Source: Solirubrobacterales bacterium
Lineage (GTDB): Bacteria; Actinomycetota; Thermoleophilia; Solirubrobacterales; 70-9
Direction: 5' to 3'
DNA: 64,000 nucleotides
NCBI GenBank assembly: GCA_036271315.1
Contig: DATBAV010000042.1
Coordinates: forward strand, 47,256 to 111,255
Shown: in pieces, positions 26,770 through 35,503 of the stretch
How positions within the stretch are numbered: the stretch's first letter is position 1
Layout: each line of letters opens with the position of its first letter
Notes under the pieces: generated by a model
Told to the model about the DNA's origin: nothing
What the model saw: only the letters and a program-made list of their open reading frames with translations
Databases searched by the model: none
Translations under genes and position numbers: made by a program

Positions 26770-27804
26770 CTAGGCGCTTGCCATGAACCGTTCCACATCC
26801 GCCGCGTCGGCCGCGAGCGCGGCGGTGACCTGCTTGCCGATCCGGCCCAGTGGCTCGATCGTGACCTTGCCGCGGTTGAGCTTCCAGGTGCCGACGGCGC
26901 GGCCCTTGACCATCGCGAAGGGCCGGAAGATGCCGTTCAGCGTCACCAGGTGGGTGTGGGGACCCAGGATCAGCTCGCGCGAGGCCCAGCCGAGCAGCAA
27001 CGGGTCGAAGGCGCCGAGCAGGCGCGGTCCCGGCACCTCCGCCACCGGCGGAGAGGTGGCGAGGTGAACGAGGCCGTCGTCGCGCTCGACCAACTCCGAG
27101 GCGATCGCGGCGAGCCCGGCGCGGGCATCGCGCAGCGGCAGCCCGGCCCAGCGCGCCAGGTCCCGGTCGTCCGCCGGCGCGTGGCCGACCAGGTAGCGAC
27201 GAGCCAGCTCGGCGAGTGCAGTGTCGCGATCGACCTTCGGTTGCCGCCCCAGCCAGTCAACGACAAGGACGTAGGCGTGGTCCTTGCCGACCATTGGCCC
27301 GCGCACCGCAACGCCCCGCACCGCGGCAAGAAAGAGCAGGTGGACCAGCGCCTGCCCCGCGGTGGGAATACCGGCCGAGTCGAGACGCTCGCGCAGCTGG
27401 TGCCGGGTGAGCGGCCCCTCCTTGGCCAAGCTCCGCTCGATCGTCTTCACCGCCTTCTCCCCTTGCTGCGTGGTGACTCCCTCCTGGCGGAGGCGGCGGC
27501 TGCACGACGTCAAGAGCGGCGGAGTCGTCAGCATTTGCAGCCACGGGTAGTCCTCGCTGCGAACCAGATGGAGGGTCCCACGGTTAAGCCAGGTGATCAG
27601 CAGCGAGCGCTCCTCGCTCAGGGCTCGGTCAACGTCGGCCGCCGTCAGGCCCTCGCTGCGGGCCCTGATCGCCAGCCGCGCGCCTCGTGGATCCTGACCC
27701 TGCGCGGCAAGCAACCGGCCGACCACGCCCACGGCGTCGTGCTCAGTCGGCCCGGCAAGACCCTGGGCGACGAACCGTTCGGCAAAGATCGATGCAGTCG
27801 GCAC
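26770..27804 (-). CDS. winged-helix DNA-binding domain protein of the YcaQ/AlkZ (HTH_42, DUF1006) DNA glycosylase family
   Basis: 344 aa. N-terminal LAAQGQD and NRGTLHLVR motifs resemble the family signature. Confidence 0.75.
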   Translation of the reverse strand: MPTASIFAERFVAQGLAGPTEHDAVGVVGRLLAAQGQDPRGARLAIRARSEGLTAADVDRALSEERSLLITWLNRGTLHLVRSEDYPWLQMLTTPPLLTSCSRRLRQEGVTTQQGEKAVKTIERSLAKEGPLTRHQLRERLDSAGIPTAGQALVHLLFLAAVRGVAVRGPMVGKDHAYVLVVDWLGRQPKVDRDTALAELARRYLVGHAPADDRDLARWAGLPLRDARAGLAAIASELVERDDGLVHLATSPPVAEVPGPRLLGAFDPLLLGWASRELILGPHTHLVTLNGIFRPFAMVKGRAVGTWKLNRGKVTIEPLGRIGKQVTAALAADAADVERFMASA

Positions 27805-27850
27805 GGCGAGATGATCGCGCCTGCCAGAGCGCCGTGCCAGCCCCTCGTGC

Positions 27851-28393
27851 CTATTTGACGGCGAGTAGGTCGATCACGAAGATCAACGTTTCATTCGGCC
27901 CGATCACCGGTGGTGAGCCCTGTGCGCCATAGGCAAGGTTCGGGGGGATGATCAGCTCGCGCCGGCCGCCGACCTTCATCCCTTCGATGCCCTTTTCCCA
28001 GCCCGGGATCACTCCGCCGGCACCGAGGGTGAGAGGGAAGGGTTCGTTGCGGCTCCAGGAGGAGTCGAATTCTTCTTCGCTTTCGTAACCCACGCCGACG
28101 TACTGGACCAGCACTTCGTCCCCAGCTTTCGCAGCCTTGCCGCTGCCCTTTTCGATTTCCTTGATTTCGAGCTGCTTCGGCGGCGGCCCGCTTGGAACCG
28201 TCACCTTGGGCTTGGTCTTTTCGCCGCCGGAGCTCTGCTTTTCGGCACTTTCACCGGATTCGGCAGGGCTCTTTTCGCTCGATTCAGTGCTCGTCGCGGT
28301 CGATTCGCTCGAGCTCGAGGAGTCGTCGCTGCTGCCGCAACCGGCAACGATGAGAGCAAGACACGCAACAAGGAGGAGGGCCAAACGCTTCAC
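27851..28393 (-). CDS. FKBP-type peptidyl-prolyl isomerase lipoprotein
   Basis: Lipobox LIVAGC, Ser/Glu-rich linker and FKBP core FDSS...GVIPGWEKGIEGMKVGGRRELIIPP. Confidence 0.9.
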   Translation of the reverse strand: MKRLALLLVACLALIVAGCGSSDDSSSSSESTATSTESSEKSPAESGESAEKQSSGGEKTKPKVTVPSGPPPKQLEIKEIEKGSGKAAKAGDEVLVQYVGVGYESEEEFDSSWSRNEPFPLTLGAGGVIPGWEKGIEGMKVGGRRELIIPPNLAYGAQGSPPVIGPNETLIFVIDLLAVK

Positions 28394-28436
28394 GGCGGAA
28401 GATCCTACGCAACGCCGCGGCAGCTGGCGCTCACCT

Positions 28437-28871
28437 TCAGCGCTTCCCCGTCATCGAGTTCCAGGCGCGCCGGAAAAAACCCGGGCGTCCGGCGACGAGA
28501 TCGGCCGGGTCGACCGCGAGCGATCCCGGGTTGGCGTCGGGCGCCGCCAGCTTCGCCGCCTCGGCCGCGTCGATCTTCAGCACAACCCCGCGCTCGTAGA
28601 TCTGCCCCACCTCCGGAGCGTCGACGAAACGGTGGCCGCCGGGCCCGGCGGTGGTGTCGAAGACGATCCCGTCGAACATGTCGAGGTTGGGCGCCGAGAG
28701 CACTCGCACCACGCGGCCGAGGTTCTCGCCATCGCTTGAGTAGACCGGCACGCCTTTCGCAACCGCGAGGTATGAGGTGGGCTCGCCGAGATCCTCCATC
28801 GCGACGAGCATATCCATACCCAATGCCGCCCCGGCGATCCCAAGGCGGGCTATGCTCGCTCGGAAGGCCAA
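28437..28871 (-). CDS. PRC-barrel-like domain protein (start uncertain; internal ATG at 28799 also plausible)
   Basis: VPVYSSDGENLGRVVRV...FDGIVFD resembles PRC-barrel proteins. GC3 is high. Confidence 0.55.
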   Translation of the reverse strand: MAFRASIARLGIAGAALGMDMLVAMEDLGEPTSYLAVAKGVPVYSSDGENLGRVVRVLSAPNLDMFDGIVFDTTAGPGGHRFVDAPEVGQIYERGVVLKIDAAEAAKLAAPDANPGSLAVDPADLVAGRPGFFRRAWNSMTGKR

Positions 28872-28892
28872 CGGACGAACTAGGAGGAGACG

Positions 28893-29180
28893 ATGGCGAT
28901 CGGGCTGCGCATGAAGATCGACGGTGGCACGCAGGAGATGTACGACGCGATCGACGCAAAGATCGGCGTCCAGACGGACCCGCCCGAAGGCCTAATCCTC
29001 CACTCGGCCGGGCCGATCGAGGGCGGCTGGGGGATCATCGACTTCTGGGAGTCCCGCGATCACTTCGACCGTTTCGCCGAGAGCCGACTCGGACCGACGA
29101 TCGCGAGCCTCGGCGACGAAGGTCCCGGTGGCCCACCGGACATCAAGGAGTTCCCCGTTCACAACATCATCAAGCCGTAG
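28893..29180 (+). CDS. small hypothetical protein (95 aa)
   Basis: A strong SD (AGGAGGAG) lies upstream of the ATG and codon bias is good. No confident family assignment. Confidence 0.6.
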   Translation: MAIGLRMKIDGGTQEMYDAIDAKIGVQTDPPEGLILHSAGPIEGGWGIIDFWESRDHFDRFAESRLGPTIASLGDEGPGGPPDIKEFPVHNIIKP

Positions 29181-29192
29181 GCGTCCACGAAG

Positions 29193-30704
29193 GTGGGACT
29201 CAACCTCGCATCGCTGCTGACCGAGAGTGCTTCGCGGACTCCGGACCTGCCGGCGATCCGGCTCGGTGAGGTCGAGCTGAGCTACGGCGAGCTGGACGAG
29301 CGCAGCGCCCGCCTGGCGGCTCTGTTGGGCGAGAAGGGCATCGGCCCCGGCGACCGCGTCGGCGTGATGCTGCCCAACGTCCCCGAGTTCCCGATCGCCT
29401 ACTACGGCGTGCTGCGCGCCGGCGCCGTCGTCGTGCCGATGAACGTGCTTTTGAAGCGCCGCGAGATCGCCTTCTACCTAGAGGACTCGGGCTCGAAGCT
29501 GCTGCTCGCCTGGCACGGCTTCTGCGCCGAGGCGCGCGAGGGCGCTGCCGACGCCGAGGCCGAGCTGATCGAGGTCGAGCCGGCGGGCTTCGCCGAGTTG
29601 CTGGCTACGCACGAGCCGGTCGCGGGACTGCACGAGACCGACGAGGAGGACACCGCGGTGATCCTCTACACCTCGGGCACGACCGGTAAGCCCAAGGGAG
29701 CCGAGCTGACCCACCTCAACCTCTTCCGCAACGCCGACGTCTCCAGCCGCACCACCTCGGAGATCTCCGAGGGCGACGTCGTCCTCGGCGCCCTCCCCCT
29801 CTTCCATTCCTTCGGGCAGACGGTGAGCATGAACGCGTCGCTGATGACAGGCGCCTGCCTCACCCTGGTCCCCAGGTTCGACCCCGGCGAGGCGCTGGCG
29901 ACGATGCAGCGCGACGGCGTCACCCACTTCTACGGCGTGCCGACGATGTACGGGGCGCTGCTGCACCACCCCGAGCGCGGGAGTTTCGACACCTCCTCGC
30001 TGCGCATCTGCATCACCGGCGGCGCCTCGATGCCGGTCGAGGTGCTGCGCGGCTTCGAAGAGGCCTTCGGGGCAAAGGTGATGGAGGGCTACGGCCTCTC
30101 GGAGACCTCGCCGGTCGCCTGCTCCAACCACCCGGACAAAGAGCGCAAGGCGGGCTCGATCGGCACCCCGATCGAGGGGGTCGAGATGCGGGTCGTCGAC
30201 GAGAACGACGAGCCGGTCGCCCAGGGCGAGGTCGGCGAGATCGTGATTCGCGGCCACAACATCATGAAGGGCTACTGGCAGCGCCCCGACGCGACCGAGG
30301 AGGCGATGCGCGGCGGCTGGTTCCACAGCGGCGACATGGCCCGCACCGACGAGGACGGCTACTTCTACATCGTCGACCGCAAGAAGGACCTGATCATCCG
30401 CGGCGGCTACAACGTCTACCCGCGCGAGGTCGAGGAGGTGCTCTTCGAGCACCCGAAGATCCGCGAAGCGGCGGTGGTCGGCGTCCCCCACGACGAGTGG
30501 GGCGAGGAGATCGGCGCCGCGGTCGTCTGCCGCGAGGGCGAGGAGCTGGCGCCCGAGGAGGTCAGCGCCTACGTCAAGGAGCGCATCGCCGCCTACAAGT
30601 ACCCGCGCTTGGTCTGGTTCCTCGACGACCTGCCCAAGGGGCCCACCGGCAAGATCCTCAAGCGAGAGATCGAGACGCCGGCTTCTGTGACGAACTCACC
30701 CTGA
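29193..30704 (+). CDS. long-chain-fatty-acid--CoA ligase (AMP-binding family)
   Basis: AMP-binding motif YTSGTTGKPKG and the C-terminal GKILKRE lysine motif. 503 aa. Confidence 0.92.
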   Translation: MGLNLASLLTESASRTPDLPAIRLGEVELSYGELDERSARLAALLGEKGIGPGDRVGVMLPNVPEFPIAYYGVLRAGAVVVPMNVLLKRREIAFYLEDSGSKLLLAWHGFCAEAREGAADAEAELIEVEPAGFAELLATHEPVAGLHETDEEDTAVILYTSGTTGKPKGAELTHLNLFRNADVSSRTTSEISEGDVVLGALPLFHSFGQTVSMNASLMTGACLTLVPRFDPGEALATMQRDGVTHFYGVPTMYGALLHHPERGSFDTSSLRICITGGASMPVEVLRGFEEAFGAKVMEGYGLSETSPVACSNHPDKERKAGSIGTPIEGVEMRVVDENDEPVAQGEVGEIVIRGHNIMKGYWQRPDATEEAMRGGWFHSGDMARTDEDGYFYIVDRKKDLIIRGGYNVYPREVEEVLFEHPKIREAAVVGVPHDEWGEEIGAAVVCREGEELAPEEVSAYVKERIAAYKYPRLVWFLDDLPKGPTGKILKREIETPASVTNSP

Positions 30705-30775
30705 CTGTCCTGGCTGACCAGCCAGTTTGACGGTAACCTCAGCGGCAGCCGCCTGCTGACCAGCAAAGGAGAGAG

Positions 30776-32059
30776 ATGAGCGTCGCATCGCAGAGCCTGA
30801 TGGACAACGTCACCTACGAGGATCTCTACAAGCGCTGGGAGCACGGCAACTGGAGCGCCTACGACATCGACCTCTCCGCCGACAAGGCCGGCTGGCAGAA
30901 CCTCAGTGACATCCAGCGACGCTCGGCGATGTGGATCTACTCGATGTTCTTCTATGGCGAGGATCGCGTCGCCGACACCCTCGCCCCCTACATCACCGCC
31001 GCCCCGACCGAGGAGCAGTCCTACTTCCTCGCCACCCAGCAGGTCGACGAGGTGCGCCACTCGATCTTCTTCCATCGCTTCTTCAAGGAGGTGATCGGCG
31101 TCGGCGGCGATTCGATCGAGCAGACCCTCTCCGCCACCCTGCCGCAGCTCAATTGGGGCTACCGCGGCATCTTCGACCGCCTCGACGTGATGGCCGAGGA
31201 ACTGCGCAAGGACCGCTCGCTGCCCAAGTACGCGCAGGCGATCACGCTCTACCACCTGATCGTCGAGGGCTCGCTGGCCCAGCCTGGCCAGCACTTCATC
31301 GAGGACTTCTTCGCCTCCGAAGACACGATGCCCGGCTTCAGCTCCGGCATGGCCAACGTCTCGCGCGACGAGCAGCGCCACATCGGCTTCGGCGTCAAGG
31401 TCCTCTCCGAGCTGCTGGGCGAAGGCACGCCCGGCTGGGAGGAGAACCGCGCCGCCGTGGTCGAGCTGCTGCGCGAAGTCCTGCCCTACGGCCCGGCGGT
31501 CTTCTACCCGCCCAACTTCGACCGCGAGTACACCGAGTGCTACGGCTTCTCGCTCGAGGACATCTTCGGCTTCGGCCTCAAACTGATCCGCCAACGCTGG
31601 CGCACGATCGGCTACCCAACCGAGGAGATGCCGCCCGGCGTCTTCCCCTTCGACCCCGAGGCCTCGGCCGAGGACGTCGCCAAGAACCAGGTCAAGCTGA
31701 TGGAAGCCGGCATCCTCGGCCCGCCCGAGGCGGTTCCGCAGGCCGATCCCGAGATGCAGCGCCTCTACTTCGACGTGGTCAAGCGCGCCGCCAACCCCAA
31801 GGCTGCCAACGGCTCCCCTCTCGTCTATCAGTGGCGCTTCACCGACGCCGACCCCTGGCACGTAGTGATCGACAACGGCTCGACCCGGGCGGAACCTGGC
31901 GAGGCGCCGAATCCGACGCTGACGCTGGAGGCCAAATGGGCGGACTTCGTCGGCATGAGCAAGCCTGACGCCAACCCGCTGAAGATGGTCCTCACCCGTC
32001 GCATCCGTCCCCGCGGCTCGATCCGCGAGATCGCTCGCATGCGCAAGGTCTTCGGCTAG
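30776..32059 (+). CDS. ferritin-like di-metal carboxylate protein (RNR-R2 / R2-like ligand-binding oxidase type) fused to a C-terminal SCP2-like domain
   Basis: Two E...ExxH pairs (GEDR...DEVRH and VEGS...DEQRH). The C-terminal ~110 aa resemble SCP2 sterol/lipid carrier domains. Confidence 0.75.
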   Translation: MSVASQSLMDNVTYEDLYKRWEHGNWSAYDIDLSADKAGWQNLSDIQRRSAMWIYSMFFYGEDRVADTLAPYITAAPTEEQSYFLATQQVDEVRHSIFFHRFFKEVIGVGGDSIEQTLSATLPQLNWGYRGIFDRLDVMAEELRKDRSLPKYAQAITLYHLIVEGSLAQPGQHFIEDFFASEDTMPGFSSGMANVSRDEQRHIGFGVKVLSELLGEGTPGWEENRAAVVELLREVLPYGPAVFYPPNFDREYTECYGFSLEDIFGFGLKLIRQRWRTIGYPTEEMPPGVFPFDPEASAEDVAKNQVKLMEAGILGPPEAVPQADPEMQRLYFDVVKRAANPKAANGSPLVYQWRFTDADPWHVVIDNGSTRAEPGEAPNPTLTLEAKWADFVGMSKPDANPLKMVLTRRIRPRGSIREIARMRKVFG

Positions 32060-33462
32060 GAGACCGGCGGGCGGGCTTCGTCCCAGGGGCGCTCGGCCTC
32101 GAGCTGGCCGGCGAGGGAGAGCAGGGTTGCCTCCTCGCCGGGGCGGCCGATGACCTGGACGGCTAGCGGCATGCCGTCGGCGGCGAAGCCGGCCGGGACC
32201 GACATCGCCGGGTTGCCGAGATGGTTCCAGGGCACGCAGTAGGGATAGAAGCGGCTCATGCCGAGCACGGTGCGCAGGGCGCCCTGGCCCTCCCAGCGGC
32301 GGATCGGCAGCGCCGTGCCGCCCATCACCGGCGTGATCAGGAGGTCGAAGGAGTCGAAGAGCGCGTTGACGCGGGCGACGTCGGCCTCGCGGCCGCGCAG
32401 GGCGCGCTCGTAGATCCCGTCGGGGATCGCGCGACCCAGCCGGCCGAAGCCGCGGGTGCGCCGTTCCAGCCGCTCGGGATGCGGCACTTCGGCGACGGTG
32501 TCGGCGACCCCGCGCAGGAAGCGCGGCGTGATGTTGTTGCCGATCCCAGCCCAGGCGGGATCCTGCTGGGCGACCTCGTGGCCGAGCGAGCGCATCAGCT
32601 CGGCCGCGTCGAAGACGGCCTGCTTGACGTCGTCCGAGACGATCGGCGGCGCGGCGGCGCGCGGCGCCAGGGTCGAGTAGGCGACCCGCAGCTTGCCGGG
32701 CGGCGTCTTCGCCGACTCGACGAAGGGCCGCTCGGGCGGCGGCGGCGCGCCGGGCTCCGAGGAACCGCCCGAGGTGATGTCGAGCCAGAGCGCCGTGTCG
32801 AGCACGTTGCGGCTGAGGCAGCCGAGCACGGCGAGCCCGTGCCAGCCGTCCTCGAGCGGCGCCAGGGAGATCCGGCCGCGTGAAGGCTTCAGCCCGAAGA
32901 GGCCACAGGAGGCGGCCGGCAGGCGGATCGAGCCGCCACCGTCGCCGGCGGAGGCGATCGGCACCAGTCCGGCGGCCACGGCCGCGCCAGACCCGCCACT
33001 CGACCCGGCCGGGCTGCGCTGCAGGTTCCAGGGGTTGCGGGTGACGCCGTAGGTGGCCGACTCGGTGAAGCCACAGATCGCCAGCTCGGGCAGCTGCGTC
33101 AGGCCGACGACGATCGCGCCCGCCTCGCGCAGCCGGCGAACCATCTCGCAGTCGGCGCTCGCCGGCTCGGTGAAGGCGTCGGTGCCGTGCATGTTGACCT
33201 CGCCGACCACGTCGACTTCGTCCTTGATCGCGATCGGCACCCCGAGCAGCGGCCGCTCATCCCCGCCCTTCAGCCGCGCTTCGGCCTGCTCGGCCTCGAG
33301 CAGCGCCCGCTCGTCGAGCACCTTGCGGAACGAGTTCAGCTGCGGGTCGAGGCGAGCGATCCGGTCGAGGCAGAGCTGAACGAGCTCTTTCGGCGAGGCC
33401 TCGCCGGCCCGCACCATCTCCGCCTGCTTCGCCGCGCCCACAAAAGCGAGATCGTCACTCAT
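32056..33462 (-). CDS. amidase (amidase-signature family)
   Basis: AS signature GSSGGSGAAVA. The start was moved to ATG 33462 (MSDDLAFVGAA...). Confidence 0.9.
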   Translation of the reverse strand: MSDDLAFVGAAKQAEMVRAGEASPKELVQLCLDRIARLDPQLNSFRKVLDERALLEAEQAEARLKGGDERPLLGVPIAIKDEVDVVGEVNMHGTDAFTEPASADCEMVRRLREAGAIVVGLTQLPELAICGFTESATYGVTRNPWNLQRSPAGSSGGSGAAVAAGLVPIASAGDGGGSIRLPAASCGLFGLKPSRGRISLAPLEDGWHGLAVLGCLSRNVLDTALWLDITSGGSSEPGAPPPPERPFVESAKTPPGKLRVAYSTLAPRAAAPPIVSDDVKQAVFDAAELMRSLGHEVAQQDPAWAGIGNNITPRFLRGVADTVAEVPHPERLERRTRGFGRLGRAIPDGIYERALRGREADVARVNALFDSFDLLITPVMGGTALPIRRWEGQGALRTVLGMSRFYPYCVPWNHLGNPAMSVPAGFAADGMPLAVQVIGRPGEEATLLSLAGQLEAERPWDEARPPVS

Positions 33463-33516
33463 ACCGCCAGCGTATTGCCCAGCCCGTCGCAGTTGTCTGC
33501 ACATAGCATTCGTCTC

Positions 33517-34527
33517 GTGTCCGACAAGGCCAATACCGCCTACAGACTCGCCGGCATTTCACCTGAGGCCTATCGTCATCCGCTCGACCGGGCAGCCACC
33601 GCCGCGTTGCAGCGCATTCCACATTTCGACAGCGTCATGCGGCGGCTTCTCGGGCTTGGCGTCGATCGGATTGCCCGGGCCAGCCTCATGGCCGGAGCGG
33701 TGCGACTCGGCGAGAACCAGCTTCCCCATGTCTGGCGACTACACGAGGCCGTTTTCGAAGCCCTCGATGTGGATGACGTACCCGAGCTCTATCTGCAGCA
33801 GGATCCGACGGTAAATGCAATGGCTGGTGGCACTCTGCGGCCGAAGATCGTGGTCAATTCCCGCTTGATCGATGTCCTGGATGAAACGAGCCTGAAGGCC
33901 ATCCTCGGTCACGAGGCCGCCCACGTCCACTGCAATCACGTCCTTTATGGAACCGTGTTGGGTTACCTGGGCAGATTCGCCGCCGCGACGATGCCCGCCG
34001 CACTTGCCGGCCTGCCGGTATTGGCGATCTCTCATGCTCTGCTCGGCTGGTCGAGGGCAGCCGAGTTCAGCTCCGACCGCGGCGCCGCCCTCGCCACCAG
34101 AGACCCCGACTCGGTTTGCCAGGCGCTGATGACGATAACGGCGGGAACCGCAGCCCAACACCTCAATCTCGATGCGTTCGTCGACCAAGGTTTGGAATAC
34201 GAAGCCGACGGCTCCAGCACGATCCGCCGCCTGGCAGATATTCAGTCCACGCATCCCTTGACCATCCGTCGAGTTCAAGCCCTCCTGGACTGGGTCGGCT
34301 CCGGCGAATACGAGCGCCTAATCGCAGGCGACTACATCAAGCGCGGCGAAGAGGGCGTCTTCCGCGACGAGGTCGACCAGGCGGCCCAGCGCTACGCCGA
34401 ACAACTCGATCGCCTTGCGCTCGACAGCGACGAATCGCTCGACGAAATGGACGATGAAATGGGCGCTTGGCTCGAGAGGACAGACGCCCAAGACCTCGGC
34501 GACGACCCTAGCAACGCCCTTGACTGA
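33517..34527 (+). CDS. M48-family zinc metallopeptidase (soluble, acidic C-terminal tail)
   Basis: HEAAH (HExxH) motif in the context ILGHEAAHVHCNH. GTG start at 33517; the upstream part of track ORF 33187-34527 is antisense to the amidase. Confidence 0.8.
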   Translation: MSDKANTAYRLAGISPEAYRHPLDRAATAALQRIPHFDSVMRRLLGLGVDRIARASLMAGAVRLGENQLPHVWRLHEAVFEALDVDDVPELYLQQDPTVNAMAGGTLRPKIVVNSRLIDVLDETSLKAILGHEAAHVHCNHVLYGTVLGYLGRFAAATMPAALAGLPVLAISHALLGWSRAAEFSSDRGAALATRDPDSVCQALMTITAGTAAQHLNLDAFVDQGLEYEADGSSTIRRLADIQSTHPLTIRRVQALLDWVGSGEYERLIAGDYIKRGEEGVFRDEVDQAAQRYAEQLDRLALDSDESLDEMDDEMGAWLERTDAQDLGDDPSNALD

Positions 34528-34579
34528 TCAACGACACAAGGCTTGGGAGTCTTGCACCGAGCTCCGCCCGTCGTGGTTA

Positions 34580-35416
34580 CTACGTCGAAGTCCGAGATGA
34601 CACCAGCGCGGTAGCGGCGCTGACGAAGAGTAGAACCGCGCTCAGAAAGCAGATCAGTGCTGCGATCCCGATGCCCGCGATCACGAGGATCACTCCGATG
34701 ATCAGTGCGCCCACGGCAAATACCCCGCGCAGAAATGCTTTCCTCGCGCGGCGGCCACCCTCCGCGACGATGCGTGTGGTGAACTCGGCGGTCTGCTTCG
34801 TCACGTTTGAAGCCGTTTTCACTGCGGCGGTCTGGGCCGGACTTGACAGGCCTCGAAACGCAGCGTTGATCTCGCTGCGCGTCCGCGCGACCAATATCTG
34901 TGCCTCCGCGGTTTTGTACTCCCCGCCGGTGATCCGACCTTCGTCGGATGCCTTCTTGAGAAGATCGACCGCTTCATCGCGGTCTTGCCGCGAGATGCGG
35001 CGCTCGGTCGACGGCGCGCTGACTGCAAGAGCAGGGAGATCAACAAAGACCTTGGTGATGTCATTCAGCGTCTTGGACGCTTCCACGAGACCGACGCGCG
35101 CCAATTCCTCGTCTGCACTCAGATTGCCCAGCGAACAGTGCATTTTGAGGCGGCGAATGGCGTCGTCGCGGTCGGCCGCAGAGGCACGAAGATCTCCATC
35201 ACTGAGTTGACGGTTGCCAGAGTCCAGTCCTACCAGCGAGGCCTCTAGTTGTTGCCGATTTATCGCCAGGCGAATCTTCCGCAGTCGAAGCTGGAGCTCA
35301 TCGTCGCCCCTGATGAAACCTTCCGCGGCAAGTTGCTTGGCGCGGGCCGTGGCGCGCTCGCGATCAAGGTCGGAGACGCGAGCATCGCCGGGTGGCTTCC
35401 GAAATCGATCAAGCAT
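34580..35416 (-). CDS. membrane protein with three tandem DUF1707 (SHOCT-like) repeats and a C-terminal double TM anchor
   Basis: Repeats are RVSDLDRERA..., RASAADRDDA... and RISRQDRDEA..., each about 50 aa. The start is set to ATG 35416; the track start 35494 would leave only 9 nt to the divergent gene. Confidence 0.7.
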   Translation of the reverse strand: MLDRFRKPPGDARVSDLDRERATARAKQLAAEGFIRGDDELQLRLRKIRLAINRQQLEASLVGLDSGNRQLSDGDLRASAADRDDAIRRLKMHCSLGNLSADEELARVGLVEASKTLNDITKVFVDLPALAVSAPSTERRISRQDRDEAVDLLKKASDEGRITGGEYKTAEAQILVARTRSEINAAFRGLSSPAQTAAVKTASNVTKQTAEFTTRIVAEGGRRARKAFLRGVFAVGALIIGVILVIAGIGIAALICFLSAVLLFVSAATALVSSRTST

Positions 35417-35503
35417 GCCGCGGCACCTTACCGTGTTGGTATCTGTTTGTTCCTCAAGCCAATCGAACACACTGTTCGTCCCCCCCCGTGACATACTTTC
35501 CGC

